Source: Bugula neritina
Taxonomy: Eukaryota > Animalia > Bryozoa
Assembly (NCBI GenBank): GCA_964035545.1
Contig: CAXIUT010000114.1
Span: forward strand, 1-25,130
DNA length: 25,130 nucleotides
Reading direction: 5' to 3'
The notes below the pieces were generated by a model, which was not told the origin of the DNA, ran no database searches, and saw nothing but the letters and a program-made list of their open reading frames with translations. This document shows, piece after piece, positions 22,770 through 25,130 of the stretch (position 1 is the first letter of the stretch; each line of letters opens with the position of its first letter). A program made the translations under genes and the position numbers.

Positions 22770-22941
22770 TTGTATCTGATTAATTAATGATAAACTTGAT
22801 TTAAATTCTACAATATATACTATCCATAATTCCAACAATCAAATCTAGCTTAAAATAGTCATAATTAACACGAATTTTATATTGATTTAATACCTTCTGA
22901 TATAATTGATTCATATCATTTTTATTAATAATAATAACGAC

Positions 22942-23871
22942 ATGGATAGTAGTTTTCAAACCCTTAAATCATCATTAAATTGTTTTTTAGATAGTCCTCA
23001 TTTCGATCATGACTCCTTTCTAACTCAATTGGGTAGAGTTTAGTAATCAGCTCACTACTATAAAAAAAAATATCACTAAATGAAATCTATTAATGAGTCA
23101 ATAATCACTGCTATCAAACGAGTATACTCACGAGAAGTTGGCTAATAACTTTAACTACTTATCGAAGCATCCTAAAAAGCATTTAAAGACAATTCCAATC
23201 AAATCGATCATCACTAATTAACCAATAACTTTTGTTAAAAGATAATAACCTATGGAAGCAAACTCCTATCAGAACAATCTGTAGATAATCAACCTGATAA
23301 ACTTACTAGAACTATAAAAAGTGATTTATAAGCATCAAGCTTCATCACATAAAACCTGAAAAAGCTCCCTATTTCTCCAGATTTATCTAAAAGCAACCAT
23401 AAAAATGTATTTTCCAAATAAAGTTCAATAAAAAAAGACTAAGCAGAGGTCAGTACAAGAAGAAGTTACACCTCAATTAACAAAAAAATAGCTACATAAA
23501 TATATTGCTAACTGTGCTAAAAAGTATATAAACCTAATGAATTTGTCAATCATGCATAGATGTGTAAGTATTAATTAGAATATATTTACAATAATGATAA
23601 AGTTAAATCTAAAGAAAGTAAATGTCTACCTCTTGAGATCAATTATAATAAAATGATGAAAAATCTTTTAAAAATTCGATAAGAAATTTAACAACAAATC
23701 ATTGTGATCAGTTCTTCAAAAGAATAAATAGATAGAATCAACCTTAAAAAGTAATTATAAAAATAACTTAAAAAAGTAACAAAAGTTATACAGTAAAAAT
23801 AGTCAGAAATAAAGAAGAAAAAGTATCACTCTCAAATCAAAATCTATAAAAAACATCATAAATATCGATGA
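22942..23871 (+). CDS. Hypothetical protein, 309 aa, with C2HC zinc-finger-like motif and C-terminal coiled coil
   Basis: Single open frame; YCELCEKVYKPNEFVNHAEMC. Confidence 0.75.
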
Positions 23872-23906
23872 TTTATAAAGTTATTAAACACTTATTTAAT
23901 TTAGTA

Positions 23907-24658
23907 TCATTAATTGCTATTATTTGAATACCGAAATGCAAAAGGTTAAAATTACATACTCTAAGGCATATTCATCCTTTTTATTTCATCTTCTACTATG
24001 CAAGCAGGCTCCATCTCCATCTTTACTGGCCTATCACAGTTTAAACAGTCCTAACAACTGCAAGAATACCCACATCTTACACCAGCAGCAAAACAAGTAC
24101 AGTATTTTTTATTGCATTTAGTCTTTTTACAAGTGCAAGTCACCTTTGGGTCAGTTTATTGCAGTCCAGAACGAACTACTTTACGACTTTTAGCACGAAT
24201 GCACTCTTTACAGCAATATTTATCCAAGCACTATTAGTTCTTGGCAGAAAAGCAAGGACAACGGTCCTCGTTACAAGTCTAGTAACATGTACAAATATGG
24301 TTTATTTACTATTTTGGTTCGTATGAAAAACGATTGTTCATTGCTTAAGGTCCACTTTTCAAAATTGTTTTAAAAGGATTGAAGCCTTGCTCCTACTATC
24401 TCATCATCTACTTCTCAATGATTGGCTGCTCACCTTACTCAGCTAACATTTTGTAGTAAATATCTGATTTTCGAGAGCCTTAAAGACTCATGACTCTGTG
24501 TGAGAAGAGACTTACTCGATCATGCTATGTTGTTTACTTAGAGATCTATCTCTTTCTTACCAACTGCCTCTATCTAGAGATCGAATGCTTGAGATATTAG
24601 ACCTTTTGGATTAAACAGATATTTTACTACCCCATCTATAAGGCTTTTCGGGTTACAT
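23907..24658 (-). CDS. Tesmin/TSO1-like CXC (CRC) domain protein, about 243 aa, one 20-nt intron at 24496-24515
   Basis: [33 protein letters not shown] preceded by a divergent Cys cluster; intron GTAAGTCTCTTCTCACACAG. Confidence 0.87.
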
Positions 24659-25049
24659 TCTAAAACTAAATATTATAGACTATCAACCACTGTTCTAGAC
24701 AAGAAGAAAGAGATCAATATTTCTAGAAAATAACTTTAAGAGCAAAACTGATAAAGAATAAAAAGAGAATAGTTTGAAACTTTGAAGAGTGGATGAGTTT
24801 GAGGTTTTACAGTTGTTCTAGTTGATATATAAAAGATAAATAAAAATCAAAATAAACTTTATGTCATAGCATTATAAATCATCAGATATTTTATCAGATT
24901 TAATAATCAAATGAATAATTATTTCGTTAATATTATCAATGAAAATGTCCTATTTATACGAAATGACCACTCTTTATTTAAAAATGAATTATTGTTATTT
25001 AATTTAAATATTATTTATAGGTGATAGTTGGTATTTGTTTTGAAAATGA

Positions 25050-25130
25050 GGGGTTGGGGTTGGGGTTGGGGTTGGGGTTGGGGTTGGGGTTGGGGTTGGG
25101 GTTGGGGTTGGGGTTGGGGTTGGGGTTGGG
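25050..25130 (-). repeat. Right telomere (TTGGGG)n
   Basis: Perfect G4T2 repeats to the last base, oriented opposite to the left telomere. Confidence 0.99.

Noticed and set aside
22473-22779. Plus-strand hydrophobic ORFs
   Set aside because: Antisense shadows of the Lys/Ala-rich H1-like gene.
433-24658. Standard ciliate code (TAR=Gln) or mass pseudogenisation
   Set aside because: TAR codons fall on conserved Glu positions such as Walker B, and frames stay open for kilobases.
24690-24915. Purine-rich, coding-looking stretch near the right telomere
   Set aside because: TGA in all three plus frames, no usable ATG and no motif, so neither a gene nor a pseudogene can be supported.

Overview
This window is a complete 25.1-kb linear eukaryotic chromosome, capped by (CCCCAA)n at 1-63 and (TTGGGG)n at 25050-25130, which is typical of a ciliate macronucleus. 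The supplied ORF track uses the wrong genetic code. Conserved catalytic positions show TAA and TAG read as Glu with TGA as the only stop (NCBI table 30, peritrich nuclear code). Read this way by hand, the chromosome holds about 16 tightly packed genes: TTLL-family ligase, SNRNP27, divergent UAP1-like, DENN protein, ASCC2, Bfr1-like coiled-coil, EF-hand protein, Orc1/Cdc6, DnaJA, ADP-ribosylglycohydrolase-like, H1-like, Tesmin/TSO1 CXC protein and four unknowns. Several genes need very short GT..AG introns, mostly exactly 20 nt. Three +1 frame breaks ending at TGA remain (two in ASCC2, one in the Bfr1-like gene). They are candidates for Euplotes-like stop-triggered frameshifting, but homopolymer errors are an equally live explanation. 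Two tandem arrays amplify a gene's last codons, stop and 3' flank. Family calls come from recalled motifs, not database searches.
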